A stretch of 64,000 nucleotides of DNA from Carcharhinus longimanus (lineage: Eukaryota): the NCBI GenBank assembly GCA_030264375.1, contig JASCQW010000162.1, positions 33,705,595-33,769,594 on the forward strand, given 5' to 3'. The translations under genes and the position numbers were made by a program. The notes beneath the pieces were generated by a model, which did no database searches, had not been told where the DNA came from, and saw only the letters and a list, made by a program, of their open reading frames with translations. Below, one piece after another: positions 1-12,623 of the stretch; the stretch's first letter is position 1; each line of letters begins with the position of its first letter.

Positions 1-74
1 ATTGAATGGCGGGGCAGGCTCGAAGGGCTAGATGGCCTACTCCTGCTCCTATTTCTTATGTTCTTATGTTCTTA
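1..74 (+). mobile_element. 3' terminus of a young CR1 LINE
   Basis: CR1-type 3' end GAATGGCGGGGCAGGCTCGAAGGGCTAGATGGCCTACTCCTGCTCCT followed by (TTCTTATG)n; bases 2-74 are identical to 28269-28341. Confidence 0.9.
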
Positions 75-769
75 CCAGGTAACCTCTAAACTAGCCAGTA
101 AAATATGCACAGCGCAATTACATGAATTGTTTGCTGCAAATGTGAGATCGAGTGGTCATCTTGCAGCTTCATCAGTCTTTTGTCCCTCCAGGACTTTGTA
201 CTAATGCCTGACCAGGTGGTAGCTTTTGGGTACCCCAAAATGTGGAAGGAATTGTGGTGAGTATACTGTGTGCCTCTTGCACCAAGTGCTGCATCAGGGA
301 GAGTCTTCTGTCATTCTCTCTACTTTGTTATTCCACTTTAATTCTTATTGTAGGTCAGACACACTTCTCCACTTACTTCCAACACCCGCTGAAGCTAGAA
401 TTCACCTGCCCTTTAAGTAGTGCAGGCTAACTTTAAGTAATGTCAGCCTTGCTGACGTATGCCTCCTGTGCAGCACCTGCAGTCATTTGAATTAGCAGGC
501 AGAACAAAGTTTCTGTGCTGCCCGCATCACAACAAATAGGCAGGGGTCAATCATGAACTGTAATACCCAAGCATGTTTTCAGGCCTTATCCAATTTTTCG
601 CCAAATGTCCCCTGTCTTCTCCCCAGTAAAAAGTATGTACATCTTTTTAGGAATGTATTTTGTTTAATCTGTACAATCTGAAACATTTCATGAACTAATG
701 GTACAACCCAATGATATATGTACATAAATCTTTGAACGTGACAGGATAAGCCGAGAAGGTAGTTTAAAA

Positions 770-1375
770 TAAAATCACGCAGGAACCTTGGCTTTACTGC
801 CAAAGAGACAGAATACCAAATCAAGAAAGTTCTGCTAAACTCTCTCAAATTCTATTCAGACATCAGCCTCAATATTGTTTTCAATTGTAGCCTCAAATCT
901 TAGGATGGATATCAAGGCTTTAGAAAGGGAATAGGAGAATGTTACCAGGGACAAAAGGATTCAATTGTAATAAGGAATGAGTTTGTTCTACACGGAGCTG
1001 AGAAGGTTAAGACGTGATTTGACAGGTTTTCAAAATCATCAACAGTTTTAATGGATTAAATACAGCAGAAACTGGTTGGGGGGTGGGGAGGGCAGGGTCA
1101 AAGGATACTGATTTAAAGTAATTGACAAAAGAACCAGGGATGTTATGAGGAACTTTGTTTTATGCAGTAAGTTATTGTGATCCAAATTGCATTGACCAAG
1201 CGGTTGGTAGAAACAAATTTGTTTCAACTATAGAAAGAGAATTCAATAATACTTGAAATGAGCAAAATGTACAGGCAAAGAAAGCAGAAATAATTAACTC
1301 CACCAAGAAGATGGCCCAGACACAATGGATCAGGTGCCCTCGCTGTGTGATGTATTGTCCTCTCATTATATGATG
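770..1375 (+). mobile_element. Old decayed CR1 LINE 3' fragment (ORF2 C-terminus plus 3' UTR)
   Basis: Degenerate counterpart of the LGIINRGIEYKNKVMLNL region seen in the copy at 22552-23262, with the same downstream order of motifs; many stops and frameshifts. Confidence 0.75.
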
Positions 1376-1907
1376 TGAATTCTTCGTCATTCATTTTGTG
1401 CCAGTATCAGCCACCATTTTGCTTTTACGATTTGGCATAGAAATCTTAAACTCTGGTTTCAGACCAAAGTATCTGTGCAAAGAGAGAGGTAATCAGAAAT
1501 AATAAAAGCATACAGAGAAGCAACAGGTGGGGCATTAACTTCTTATCTGTGAGTTTCAGTGTGAATCCAACCATACCGCTATGGCCTTCCCTTGGCTGGC
1601 AGTAATTTATTTTGTAATCTCGACCCAAAGTTTATGATAAAAATATTCCAGTACAGAACTGGTCAATATTCAGTCACATTCAGAAAAGTAATAAGCTAGC
1701 TAGTGCTAATGAGACAATGTGAGTCTCACAATTCTCCTATTTACAATTGCTAAAAGCAAGGATAATCAAGTGAAAACTGAGAGAACAAAACACCAACTTA
1801 CACTAATGGAGAATTGTCTATTCTAAATTTTTGGGAAGACCTTGATTTAGGTCGTCAGTGCCCCTGCCTACAACAGGTGGGGTTTAATTAAACCATTTAA
1901 ATGAAGT

Positions 1908-2132
1908 GGAGACGTCAGTGTTGGACTGGGGTGGGCACAGTAAGAGGTCTCACAACACCAGATTAAAATCCAACAGGTTTATTTGGAATCACAAGCTTTT
2001 GGAGTGTTGCTCCTTCATCAGGTGAGTGTCAGGAGCAGCGCTCACCTGATGAAAGAGCAGTGCTCCGAAAGCTTGTGATTCCAAATAAACCTGTTGGACT
2101 TTAATCTGGTGTTGTGAGACTTCTTACAGTGT
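1908..2132. mobile_element. Penelope-like-element-derived fold-back repeat (inverted pseudo-LTR pair)
   Basis: Arms ~1936-2026 and ~2041-2131 are reverse complements; perfect 13-bp flanking direct repeat ATTTAAATGAAGT at 1895-1907 and 2133-2145; each arm carries a hammerhead-like core. Confidence 0.85.
2042..2078 (+). ncRNA. Minimal type I hammerhead ribozyme motif (PLE type)
   Basis: TCAC-CTGATGA(2046-2052)-stem II GAGC/GCTC-GAAA(2067-2070)-palindromic AGCT-T-GTGA; stem I TCAC/GTGA. The base of stem II is an A-C mismatch, so activity is uncertain. Confidence 0.65.
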
Positions 2133-3002
2133 ATTTAAATGAAGTCAGATGACAGTGTAAAGCCTCCCAAAGCCTTTTTTCCCCCTATTAATCTGCATTG
2201 TTCCTATTCCCACTCCTAAAATGAGCCAAATATTCACAAGTTCAATCACTTTGTAATTTTCAGTGTCAAAGCCTACAAATACAAACTTACACAAGGCAAA
2301 ATTTAAATTGTATGTTTGAATTAGAAATATGATCTGTGCCAAAATGCCAGGCTTACATAAGTACAGAATACAGCAACTCAAATGATTCTGTAAGCAGTAG
2401 ATACCTAAAAGCGGTATAAAATTCCAAATATCTTTAACGTATCCTAATGACTGAAATGTGTTGTATAGCAAAATACTGGCAACTACGTTCATTGTGTGTC
2501 CAACAGAAAGCTTTCAATACCTGGCACATGGTTGAATATATTGTGCAGTGTAAATAGCAGCAGGTGGGGTAGGGGTGGGAGTTGAGTCATTTCCTGTTAT
2601 CGCATTGTTGGAATAATCATGCCACTTCACTTTTTTGAACAGTGAATTTAAAATCACGTAATCCAATGTGTGAACATCACTTCTCCTTAGAAGTTGGCAG
2701 TTATCCTATAACAGCAAGCCATTAACATTTATTATAACTTTCTTTATCTCCAAATTTGTATCCATTAAGCATACACTTTGGCCCAGAAATTCCTCAAAGT
2801 CATTCCCACTCCACTGGGATTACTTATCTGGAAGTGCAATATAAAAACACAGCTTCACGTGAGAGCAGTGTTCTTAGTGCAAACTAACACCGATGGAAAC
2901 AGCTTCAACAAACTTCCTAGCCATTAACTTGCAAAACTGTGTTCCAAAAACATTAGGTAAAGATTTCCTTGTTTGTTACTTGCAGTAAAAATCATAGACC
3001 TA

Positions 3003-3138
3003 GGGCCAGATTCTCCGACTTCACTTGTAGCTGCGATTCTCCAGTCCTGCTGCAGCGAACGGAGATTTGGCTGAACACCAAATGTTCTGTTCTCGCTGGC
3101 AATGGCGATGAGGTGCGAACAGCCAGAGAATCCGGCCT
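3003..3138. mobile_element. MITE, probably PIF/Harbinger-type
   Basis: Terminal inverted repeats GGGCCAGATTCTC / GAGAATCCGGCCT; 3-bp direct repeat CTA on both sides (3000-3002, 3139-3141). Confidence 0.7.
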
Positions 3139-5056
3139 CTAATCTTTTGATATGGATTTGTGAATCCACCGTACCAAATGCAAAAGAGATTGTTCTGATT
3201 ATGAAGACAAACATAGTTACTTTTCAATGCAGCAGCCCTGGATTGTAGTGCCTCCTCTAATCATGGTTTAATTATATGAATGCAGTTAATCACTGTAAAT
3301 AAGTCATTTTAATATTGAACTGAAAAATAAAACTTGATGGTTTTCATGTCCAATATTAACGCTGTGTCCTGCACTTCAAAGACGTCGACAGCAGTGAGTA
3401 GACAAATGGGAAGATGTGTAGTCCGTGATCAGAAAGAAACAGAAGATGGAAAGAAAAACCCATATATCTCATTTAAACTGCATGTCATGCACTGTCACAG
3501 TAATGAATACAAAAAGACCAGTGATGAATGACCATGTACAGACGGTAAAGCACTAATAAGCATAGCTCCCCACTTCAAAGCTTATGACAATAGGGAAAAC
3601 AGACTAAAGCTGCAGTAAAATTCACATCCTACCCAACAGTACAAATATGCAAAAGGCAAACTGAAGCAAGATGTTTTTACCTCCTTACTTGAAGCATATG
3701 TTTTCCCTGTGAAAGATGGCACCTTTCACTTCAACTCACCTCAGCACATACCCATTTTTCATTTTCCAGACAGCTCCTCTGTTGGGATTGGGAGAGAAGA
3801 CAAAGTGAACCTGGGGGCCGTTTACAGGTAATAAGCTTAAGCAAATGTTTATGACAACTGCATTATAATTAATTACTTGACAATCACTCTGTAAACATGC
3901 AGTAACACACATGAATCTTTTTTTAAAAAAGCTTCTTAAACAGTGCTACCTGTTGGAAAATTTGAACAGCTGTATGGGTCATTCATCTGCTTGCTTCCTT
4001 CAGCCCGCAGCTGATTGACCTCTGACTGAAGCCAGCACCTAGGAAATTATGTACGACAACCAAGCTAACAATGTATTTTCAATCGAGAAATCAGATTCCA
4101 TTTTTGTTCGCTTCACAAAGGAGTTTGTGATTGAAATTTGCTTTTAAAAAATTCCAGAAACTACTTTAGAGATGTATATATTCCTGTTTGACTTTGATGG
4201 GGTGGTGGGAGGATGGTGAGGGGTGGAGGTGGGAGGGGCAGGGGTGCTGTTAGCGTCAGGGAGGAAGTGAGAGTAACTCAGAACATTGTTGATAGTGACC
4301 TATTTAACAAATTCATCTTTGCCCGCATTATTCTACAATTCCACGTTAGCAATAACATGGGGCTCTCTTTACATCCCACTGTTAATCCATCACAATTCAG
4401 AAAGCACCATAATAATAAGAATAATATAATTTCACCATGTTCTGTTTGGTCTCTGAGGGAAAAAAAACCGCAATAGTCAATTTGGATTGATGTCTATCAG
4501 GACATGGTGTATCATTCAATTCCTCAGATAAGCTAATTAACAAGGACTTCAGCTTCGTCCAATTTATGGTCCACTGAAAAAGGGTCTTGAAAATGTGTCT
4601 GGTCAACGTTCTTTGTTTTCTGTAGTAGCATAACACAACGCCATGTGTAAGACAAGGAGATATTACAATACCATTTGTAACCATGTTACAATACCATTTC
4701 ATGTGCTTTTATTGAATAAACTGAAAACCAGAATTTGGCAATGTATTTCATTGGTGCAACGTTTCCAAATTATTATGATTTAAAGCTATTTCTTTCCCAT
4801 AATGACTGCATGATTCACATCACACTGACTTCAATCTGCTGGATTTCAATAAATTATTTTCTCAGTAAGAAAGAAATCACTAGCAATTTCTTTGAATATA
4901 TTTTGTTTATTATTTTTCGGGAGATTAAATGATGAGCAATGGATGGGTGTATTGGGAGTTATGGGTCTGAATTTTCACACTAACAGCAGGTATTGGGAGC
5001 TGGGAAATTTCTTGACCTGGTTGCCTACCTCATGGGAAGGTTTCAGCAAGAAAAAG

Positions 5057-5232
5057 GGGCAAGATTCACTGGCCTTCCAGCTACGTGTTTCTCACCGGCA
5101 GGAGGTGGTGCATTGTTTGCTAGTGGTGGGATTCTCTGGTCCCACTGCTGTCGATGAGAGTTCTCACTGACACCACCCTACGGTGGCGGGAAACCCATCG
5201 GCCGCTGTGTGCTGCTGGTGGGCCCAGAGAGG
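5057..5232 (+). mobile_element. MITE copy of the same family as 61077-61285, right end degraded
   Basis: Colinear with 61077-61260 (CCGGCAGGAGGTGG...GGGATTCTCTGGT...GCGGGAA.CCCAT). Confidence 0.7.
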
Positions 5233-7876
5233 CCAGTCTAGATATTTATTCCAGGGTAGGGCAAGTGATAACAGGAATCAGACCTACCATCCCCACCCAG
5301 AAAGAGCTCAAAGGTAGCCACACACCTGTCGAAAGCCAACACAGGTTGTTTAAAAGGCCCGTCTCAAGAGCTTCGGGATTCATCCCCCTTGCAATAATGA
5401 CAGCAAAACAAATAAAAATGTCCTCACCCTTCACACATACTCCCTATGCCCCATTCATATCAACTCATTCCTCTCCATACCTTCACCCACACCCTCAACG
5501 CCAATCTATGTCTGATAACATAAACATCCATTTGACTGTTGAAACTGCTGCAACATGGGAAAATCATTTCTTGATTGACAATGTCACAATGTTTAATCAC
5601 ACAAGATAAAGAGAGATCTGTAGTTTCTGCTACAGATACTTAAAAAGCTATGGGTGTTTGATACTTATAGGGCTATAGTATATGGAGATATTTCAAAGAA
5701 AGTAGAAAGTTATGACATATTTACTTCCTAAAAGCATTTTTACACATTGTCTTCTTACCATAGGGTTCATTGGTTCTGTACAGTGTGCATTGTGGATGAA
5801 TGGGCATGGAGGTGCCAAAGCTTGGCACAGAGAATATGAGTGGCAGAGCTTAGCATGGGGGAAATGGGTAAGGAGTGGGGGGGGTGGTCACTATTTCTGG
5901 GTCCAGAAAATCCCGCCAGCGGGAGCGGCTGGAACATTTTGTCAAATTAAACTTTGTCAAACTCTTACTGCCAAATTATGAAAATCCTGAACATTATCAT
6001 TATCATTTTCAGTGTGGGAAAGGGAGTTGTGAAATGGTCCCTGATTTTCTTAACTATGACCCATTGTTCCTCAAAGCCTCAGCAGAATGTGTGAGCTTTA
6101 ATATATCAGAGCCGCGGACACAAATATCTGCCTACTTGACTTGAGCTCAGTGACATTGTAATATGAATACAATATCACAATTGTTAAACGCTCCATTTTC
6201 AAATTGTAAGCTGTTTCAATGCTTAATGATGAGACAAAATTAATTCCAAAAATGAGTACTTTCCAGGACAAAATAGGGTCCATTTAACAATTAGGTGATT
6301 GAATGAATGTGCAGTTGCAGACGGTGATTTTTATAAGCTGATACATAAATTGCAGTATCATTTCTCTTTTAATTTAGGAGATGTTATTTCTATGCAATCT
6401 AACAATTTCTGTTTGAGCATTCAGCTGCTATAAAATTAGTAATTAGTTTTAACTGGCTGAACAAATAAAAATGGAAAAATTTAACTGGGAAATAAAACTT
6501 CATTTTTGCACCACAGTCTCGACTCAAAAGTTGCCTTAGAACAAACCATAGAAGCAGGTTGAGTTTAATGTTTCAACTGAGATCCATTTGCCACTCTGAT
6601 CAATTGTTGCTGAGATTTTGTTTTAATGGTATCAAAGTGTTACACATACAAAATGTCAGGAGAAGTACATTAAATGTTCCAAAGAAAATTCTGAACTATT
6701 TCAATGCCTAATAATGGGATAAAAATTAATGCTTTGCAAAGTGAAAGGATCTGCCCAGTTAAAAGAGGCCTGAGGCAAGTCCTGCACAAAGAAGCAGTAA
6801 AAAAATCTTTAATGACAGAGCCTTTATGGATCAACCGCAACCATGTCTTTCATGTATTTCTGAGAAGCACCTGGTAACTGCAGCTGCATCATAATATATG
6901 ATCTTAAGTGTAGACTGGCTCCCCGGTGACCTACAGATTCAAACCTCGTCATCAAAAGCTGCAACTGTGCAGTATATAATTTATCATAATGCTTACAATA
7001 GTGTCTGGAATACTACTGTAGACCTCAGATTTTGAAACCCATTATGTGTCATGAGGCGAAGTGTGTGAAGATGTAAAAACTTAATTCACTGATGTTTCCC
7101 GGCGTTTTGATCCTCATGTATATATCTGCTCAAATGTTGTTGCTAAGNNNNNNNNNNCTGATGCGTTGCTTTTATTGCAGCTTTGTTGGGCCACCTGCTT
7201 TACGTAGCTAGTACCTGACGTAAAATTTGAAACAGAGACCTTAGCAATGTTGTTGATTGCTATAGCCCCTCACATCACAATGTTTGAGTTGATTGATTTA
7301 TTATTATTGTCACATGTATTGGGATACAGTGCAAAGTGTGCATGAGGTGCAGTAAATCTGCTATGCCATGCCAATTCCAATGACAGAACTCCAGCGTTTT
7401 CTCCAGCAGGGAAGGGTGCAGGTCTGTGAGGGTCTGGCGAGGGTGATGAAGTTGATAGATAGTGGGTAAACATGATATTTAGGATGGCAGAAAGACCTGA
7501 CTTTTGATGACCTTATAGGATGTCTTGAATCTCTACAGGACAACCAAAAAAACGTCATGCATTTTCACACCACCAGCACTTCTGAAATGTCGCCATATAT
7601 TTTACAGTGCTTTTCAAAAAATCTAAAAGGCGTACACTTCAAAACCTTAAAAGATGTGGTAAGCAGTAATTTATTACAGTGTACGATTTGATTGAAAATG
7701 CTTTTGCAGAAAATAGAGAAAAAATGTGTAAAAGTACAGAAAGCCTTGATATTTTATATGTGTGACTTTACAGTTATTTTCAGACTCAGTGGTGTGCAAT
7801 GCCTCACTAAACAAGCAAAATAAATAAGCTAATTAGCATTAGAATTCAACTCTGAAATCCCATCCATTGACATAGC

Positions 7877-8223
7877 CTACATTTCCTGCTGCCTCGGAAA
7901 AGCAGCCAGCGTAATCAAGGACTCCATGCACCCTGGACATATTCTCTTCCAACTTCTTCCATTGGGACACAGATACAAAAGTCTGAGATTACATACCAAC
8001 CAACTCAAGAACAGTTTTTTCCTGCTGCCATCAGACCTTTTGAATGGACTACCTCGATTTAAGTTGATTTTTCTCTGCAGCCTGGTTTTAACTGTAACAC
8101 TACATTCTGCACTCCCTTCTTTCCTTCTATATGTACGGTATGCTTTGTCTGTATAGCACGCAATAAACAATACTTTTCACTGTATGTCAATATATGTGAC
8201 AATAATAAGTCAAATCAAATCAA
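7877..8223 (+). mobile_element. Rex1/Babar-type LINE 3' fragment
   Basis: Translates CLGKAASVIKDSMHPGHILFQLLPLGHRYKSLRLHTNQLKNSFF, the typical Rex1/Babar RT C-terminus; ends TGTGACAATAATAA plus (CAAAT)n. Confidence 0.8.
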
Positions 8224-10523
8224 GGCAAGGCTCAAAAGAATTTCATGTGGTTGGGAGAGGATGCAAATACCATATAGCATATTGTACCTGTACTGAAGTG
8301 AAGTGATGAGACAGAAAAGCACTATGTTGTAATGTTACACAATTCAGCCACTGCTTGTCAGGTGGAAGTTGCCATCTGGCATCATTCTATCCTTATTCCT
8401 AATCAGCATCTTCCTTCATAGGAAAAAGAATGTACAATAGAACTTTGTCTTTTCTTAGGTAAGATAAATCTTTGTACCTTTATACTTTTACTTACACCTC
8501 TGAGCGAAACAAGAACAGACTAGTAGTTACAATGTATGTGTAACAAAAGATAAGTGCAGCTCCCTCTTACATAATAGAGCTTTTTATTTCAATTTCTGCC
8601 TCAGGTATGGAGGTGACAACGATTTCTAGATGGCCACTGTATCAAGCACCGAAAACATGTCAAGTCTCACATTTTCATTGCCTAAGTAATTTGCTCCATT
8701 AAAAAAAAATGATTTATGAAGTCTGCCAGTGTTCACAATGCTTCAAAGCAAATAAAGAGTATTAATTACAAGTATGATTTAAAACAATCTCAAAAAATAT
8801 GGAAGAACTCCTCGCTTTTTCATCCAGCTGTTAATGCCGACTAAAAACTGAATTTTTAATGTGTTTCTAACCCATCTGTAATTTTTGGCTATACACCTCA
8901 AACATGTGGGCATAGCATGCATCTGTTCTAGTTACCATTTTCACTTAGACAGAAACCCTATTAAGACTTTCTCTCAGTGTGGGTTCTCTTTACCCATAAC
9001 AGCCAAGAAACCCAACAAGGAAACTAAATTAATTAATTTCCAGTCCTTCTTATAATTCTGTGGGACACACTTATCGTATGTGCTGTTCTGTGTATTTACA
9101 TTCCAGGATATTTGCTTTGCTACTCCTTCCAACATCCATGCCCTCAATAAAGCTTTCTGCTCTTTGTTTTGGAAGTCTATAGTTTACTTACAGATTACAT
9201 TTTCAGAAAATCACAGTCTGGTTATAATTTGTGACTAGGCCAACCCATACAAATGGAGGATTGTATTATATAAGTGTTATCTATGTTGTATTTTATAAGC
9301 TGTCATCATTTTGCTATTCATTGGTAAATTTACTACAAATTGCAAATCCAGCATTTTTATTAAGTTGCCACAGAAACCTGAGCTCTATCTGTCTGGGGTC
9401 TAAAACCTCAAATCCCTTTCTTTATCCCAATGTTCTCTTTTTCTCCTCGTTCTGTTCTGAGGAAAGTAACTCTTGACGGTTATTGTTCCATTGATATTAG
9501 CTGCATCTGTAATCCCTTGTTCAAGTCAAAACAATATCAACCCTATACAACCTCAATATAGACATACTTTACAGTGAGAGTGTCACTGATGGTGTGCAGA
9601 AATGAAAATTATTCCTGGTTTTACCTTTTCCTAGCCAACTGTTTTGGTGTCGTTATTATCTAAGTTTAGAATAGTGGAACAAAGATTACTCCTGGAACCT
9701 TCTCTTCAGGTCTATGTAGTTCAGCCTGACACTCTGAGGCTCAGTGCCCATGGCAGGGTCTTGTACACAGTGATATGTTTACGTGGAAGTCATAGGGAGG
9801 ACTTCCAGTCCCCACGTAGCTTGAGACTGGAAGTGGTGGGAGCTACAAATAGTCCTGCCAGCCACTGCACCACTCCTCTAATTTCCGCCCATCTCTAGGC
9901 CACTTTTGTGGGTAGAAGGGGTACCCACCTGCACTTAGAAGATAAACAATTTGGTTCCTTGAGAGCCTATGGAGACAAATAAACGGAGGCCAACAAGAGT
10001 TGCCAGGCAGCAGTTTAGGTGTTTGGCGACAGCCTACCAACAGAAGGTTGCAGGTTAGTTAGTGCACCAAGACAGTCTAGAGGCACTCCATCCCTGGCTG
10101 GGTGCAGGAACAGTCACAAGCCACCATGTCAATGGATCACAATCAGGTTGAAACACTGTTTCCTCTCCCCCAACAACATTCAGCCCATCAGTGGGGGGGG
10201 TTGCTTGTGGTGGTGTGGTGTGGGGGGGTGGTTGCTTTGAGATCCAACAATATCCTTGCCCTGTTTCCCACCCTCGATTGGAAAATCCTGCCCATACACA
10301 AGTCAGTAAGAATGTTCCCGATGGTGGGGGAGTCCAGAATGAGGGGCCATAGTTTGAGGGTAAGGGGTAAACCTTTTAGGACTGAGGCAAGGAGAAGTTT
10401 CTTCACCCAGAGAGTGGTGAATCTGTGGAATTCACTCCGACAGAAAGAGGTTGAGGCCAAAATGCAATGTGATTTCAAGAGGGAATTAAATATAGCTCTT
10501 GCAGCTAAAGGGATCAAGGATAT

Positions 10524-10809
10524 GGACGGCACAGTGGCACAGTGGTTAGCACTACTGCCTCACAACACCAGGGAGCCGGGTTCAATTCCCGGCTTGGGTT
10601 GTTGTCTGTGCAGAGTTTGTGCATTCTCCCCGTGTCTGTGTGGGTTTCCTCCGGGTTTCCTCCCACAGTCCAGAAGATGTGCTAGTTAAGCTGTTTGTCC
10701 ATGCTAAATTCTCTCTGTTTGCCTGAACAGGCACCAGAGTGTGGTGTCTAGGGGATTCCACAGTAGCTTCAGTGCAATATTAATGGAAGCCAACTTGTGA
10801 CTGATAAAT
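10524..10809 (+). mobile_element. HE1-type V-SINE (tRNA-derived), tail type B
   Basis: Pol III A box TGGCACAGTGG, B box GGTTCAATTCC, V-domain GGGTTTCCTCCGGG; tail ends CTTGTGACTGATAAA. Confidence 0.9.
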
Positions 10810-10811
10810 GT

Positions 10812-11102
10812 GGGCAGCGTGGCACAGTGGTTAGCACTGCTGCCTCATAGCGCCAGGAACCCAGGTTTGATTCCTGGCTTGGGTCACTGTCTGTGTGGAG
10901 TCTTCACGTTCTCGCCATGTCTGCATGGGTTTCCTCTGGGTGCTCCAGTTTCCTCCCACATTCTGAAAGAAATGCTGGTTAGGCGCATTGACCCAAACAG
11001 GCACCAGACTGCGGCGACAGTATTTTCATTGCAATGGTAATGTAAGCTTTACCTGTAACTAATTAATAAACATTAAACTTTTTAAATTAACTTTTAACTT
11101 TT
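10812..11102 (+). mobile_element. HE1-type V-SINE, tail type B, in tandem with the preceding copy
   Basis: Same head and V-domain; starts immediately after the previous copy's tail. Confidence 0.9.
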
Positions 11103-12374
11103 ATATGGGGGGGAAAGCGCGATCAGCATATTGAATTTGATGATCAGCCATGATCAAAATGAATGGCAGAGCAGGCTCAATGGGCTGAATGGCCTACTCG
11201 TGCTTCTATTTTCTATGTTTCCATGAAAGTTCTTTGTCATTAATGGAGAGAAGATGCATGGAACAGGCTTGCATGCTGCAGGTCTCAAAAAAACTCAGTG
11301 CTGCATATTTTTCCAGTAACTGACCTAGTGCATTGACAAAATGTTCCATCGGTTCGTTTTTGATTACGTGTGATACAGTAGAGTTGGATCTCAGCTTGTA
11401 TGAAGATCACTTGGATTTAAGTCCCAACCTTTGATGAAACTGTGGTAATGGAAAGAGTCTGCTGGAAAGCAATTTCCTTTTAAATCAGTTGACAGAAATC
11501 ATCAGGAAGGTGTTTCATTTCATTGACTGCTTCTTCCTACTTTGCATTATGCATTTTTCTCGCAAACAAAACATTCCAGAGATCTTCTGCTACATTGTCT
11601 TGCAAGCTGTATGATGTAAAAATAAACATATTTCCTCAGAATAAAACAAACAAAAATAACTAAAAATTGCATTTGTTTTGGCAGCATCAAAAATAAATCC
11701 TCAAAAGGTTGTGAAAACTTAATAAAGATCAGGAATGAGAAAAGGTCAATTTAGTCCACTGAAGCTCATCCATAATTTATATCCCAGGGTCCACGTTCTG
11801 AATCTAATATGTGAATTTAGATTAAATAGAATGGTCCATTTATGCTGTATGTGCATAGGATAAATATTATTCCTCTACTTAGTTCGAAGCAGCTGCAACA
11901 GAAGGCTATGACTAAAACAAGTAGTAATATAGCTACAGTTCCATGTCTACCACCAAGTTATATGATGATTACATTAGTATCAGAATCAGAGCAACCACTG
12001 AGATAGGTTTTGTGAAATAGGGACCAGTGTGGAATGTGAAACCTGGCGTAATTTTCACTCATGTATCAGGAGCGCAGTACCATGACAATCGTAGGCTCCA
12101 CAAACCTGACCTGGGAAAAAGTGCTCTAGAACTGGGGATTTTTGTTCTAGGGGCTGGGTTTTATGTGACCCCAGAAAGAGTGTGGAGACTGGTGGGTGCA
12201 GAGGTGAGCTAGACGGTTGATTGGTCTCGGTGCACCAGCACGTTATCAAAGTAACGAAAGAAAGCAATAAATCAGAAAGGAAACAGCCCTCCAGCCTTCA
12301 CCCATCATACCCTTTCACCCCTCCTTTCTCACACTTCCCCATGCCCCATCCAAGTCAATTCATGCCACCTCAAA

Positions 12375-12623
12375 AAAAATCTGGAATTAAGAATCCACTG
12401 ATGACCATGAAATCGTTGTTGATGGTCATAAAAATCCATCTGGTTCACTAATGCCCTTTAGGGAAGGAGATTTGCTGTCCTTACCTGGTCTGGCCTGCAT
12501 GTGAGTCCAGGCCCACCACAATGTGGTTTACTTCTAACTGCCTTTCAAGGGCAACTAGGGATGGGCAACAAATGCTGATCAGTCAGCGACATCCATGTTC
12601 CACTAATTAATTTTTGAAAAAAA
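12375..12623 (+). mobile_element. Meta/SlmI-like SINE, 5'-truncated
   Basis: Core CCATCTGGTTCACTAATGCCCTTTAGGGAAGGAGATTTGCTGTCCTTACCTGGTCTGGCC, tail AAGGGCAACTAGGGATGGGCAACAAATGCTG and an A-rich end; homologous to 41714-42017 and 42431-42779. Confidence 0.75.

Larger units (their letters stand above)
10303..11225 (+). mobile_element. CR1 LINE 3' fragment interrupted by two V-SINEs
   Basis: MFPMVGESRMRGHSLRVRGKPFRTEARRSFFTQRVVNLWNSL (CR1 ORF2 end) runs to 10523; the 3' UTR resumes at ~11103 (ATATGGGGGG...GATCAGCCATGATC...GAATGGCCTACT). Confidence 0.9.

Noticed and set aside
10102-10689. Longest ORF (195 aa) as a real gene
   Set aside because: It is a chance read-through of MITE-like DNA, the CR1 ORF2 end and a V-SINE head.
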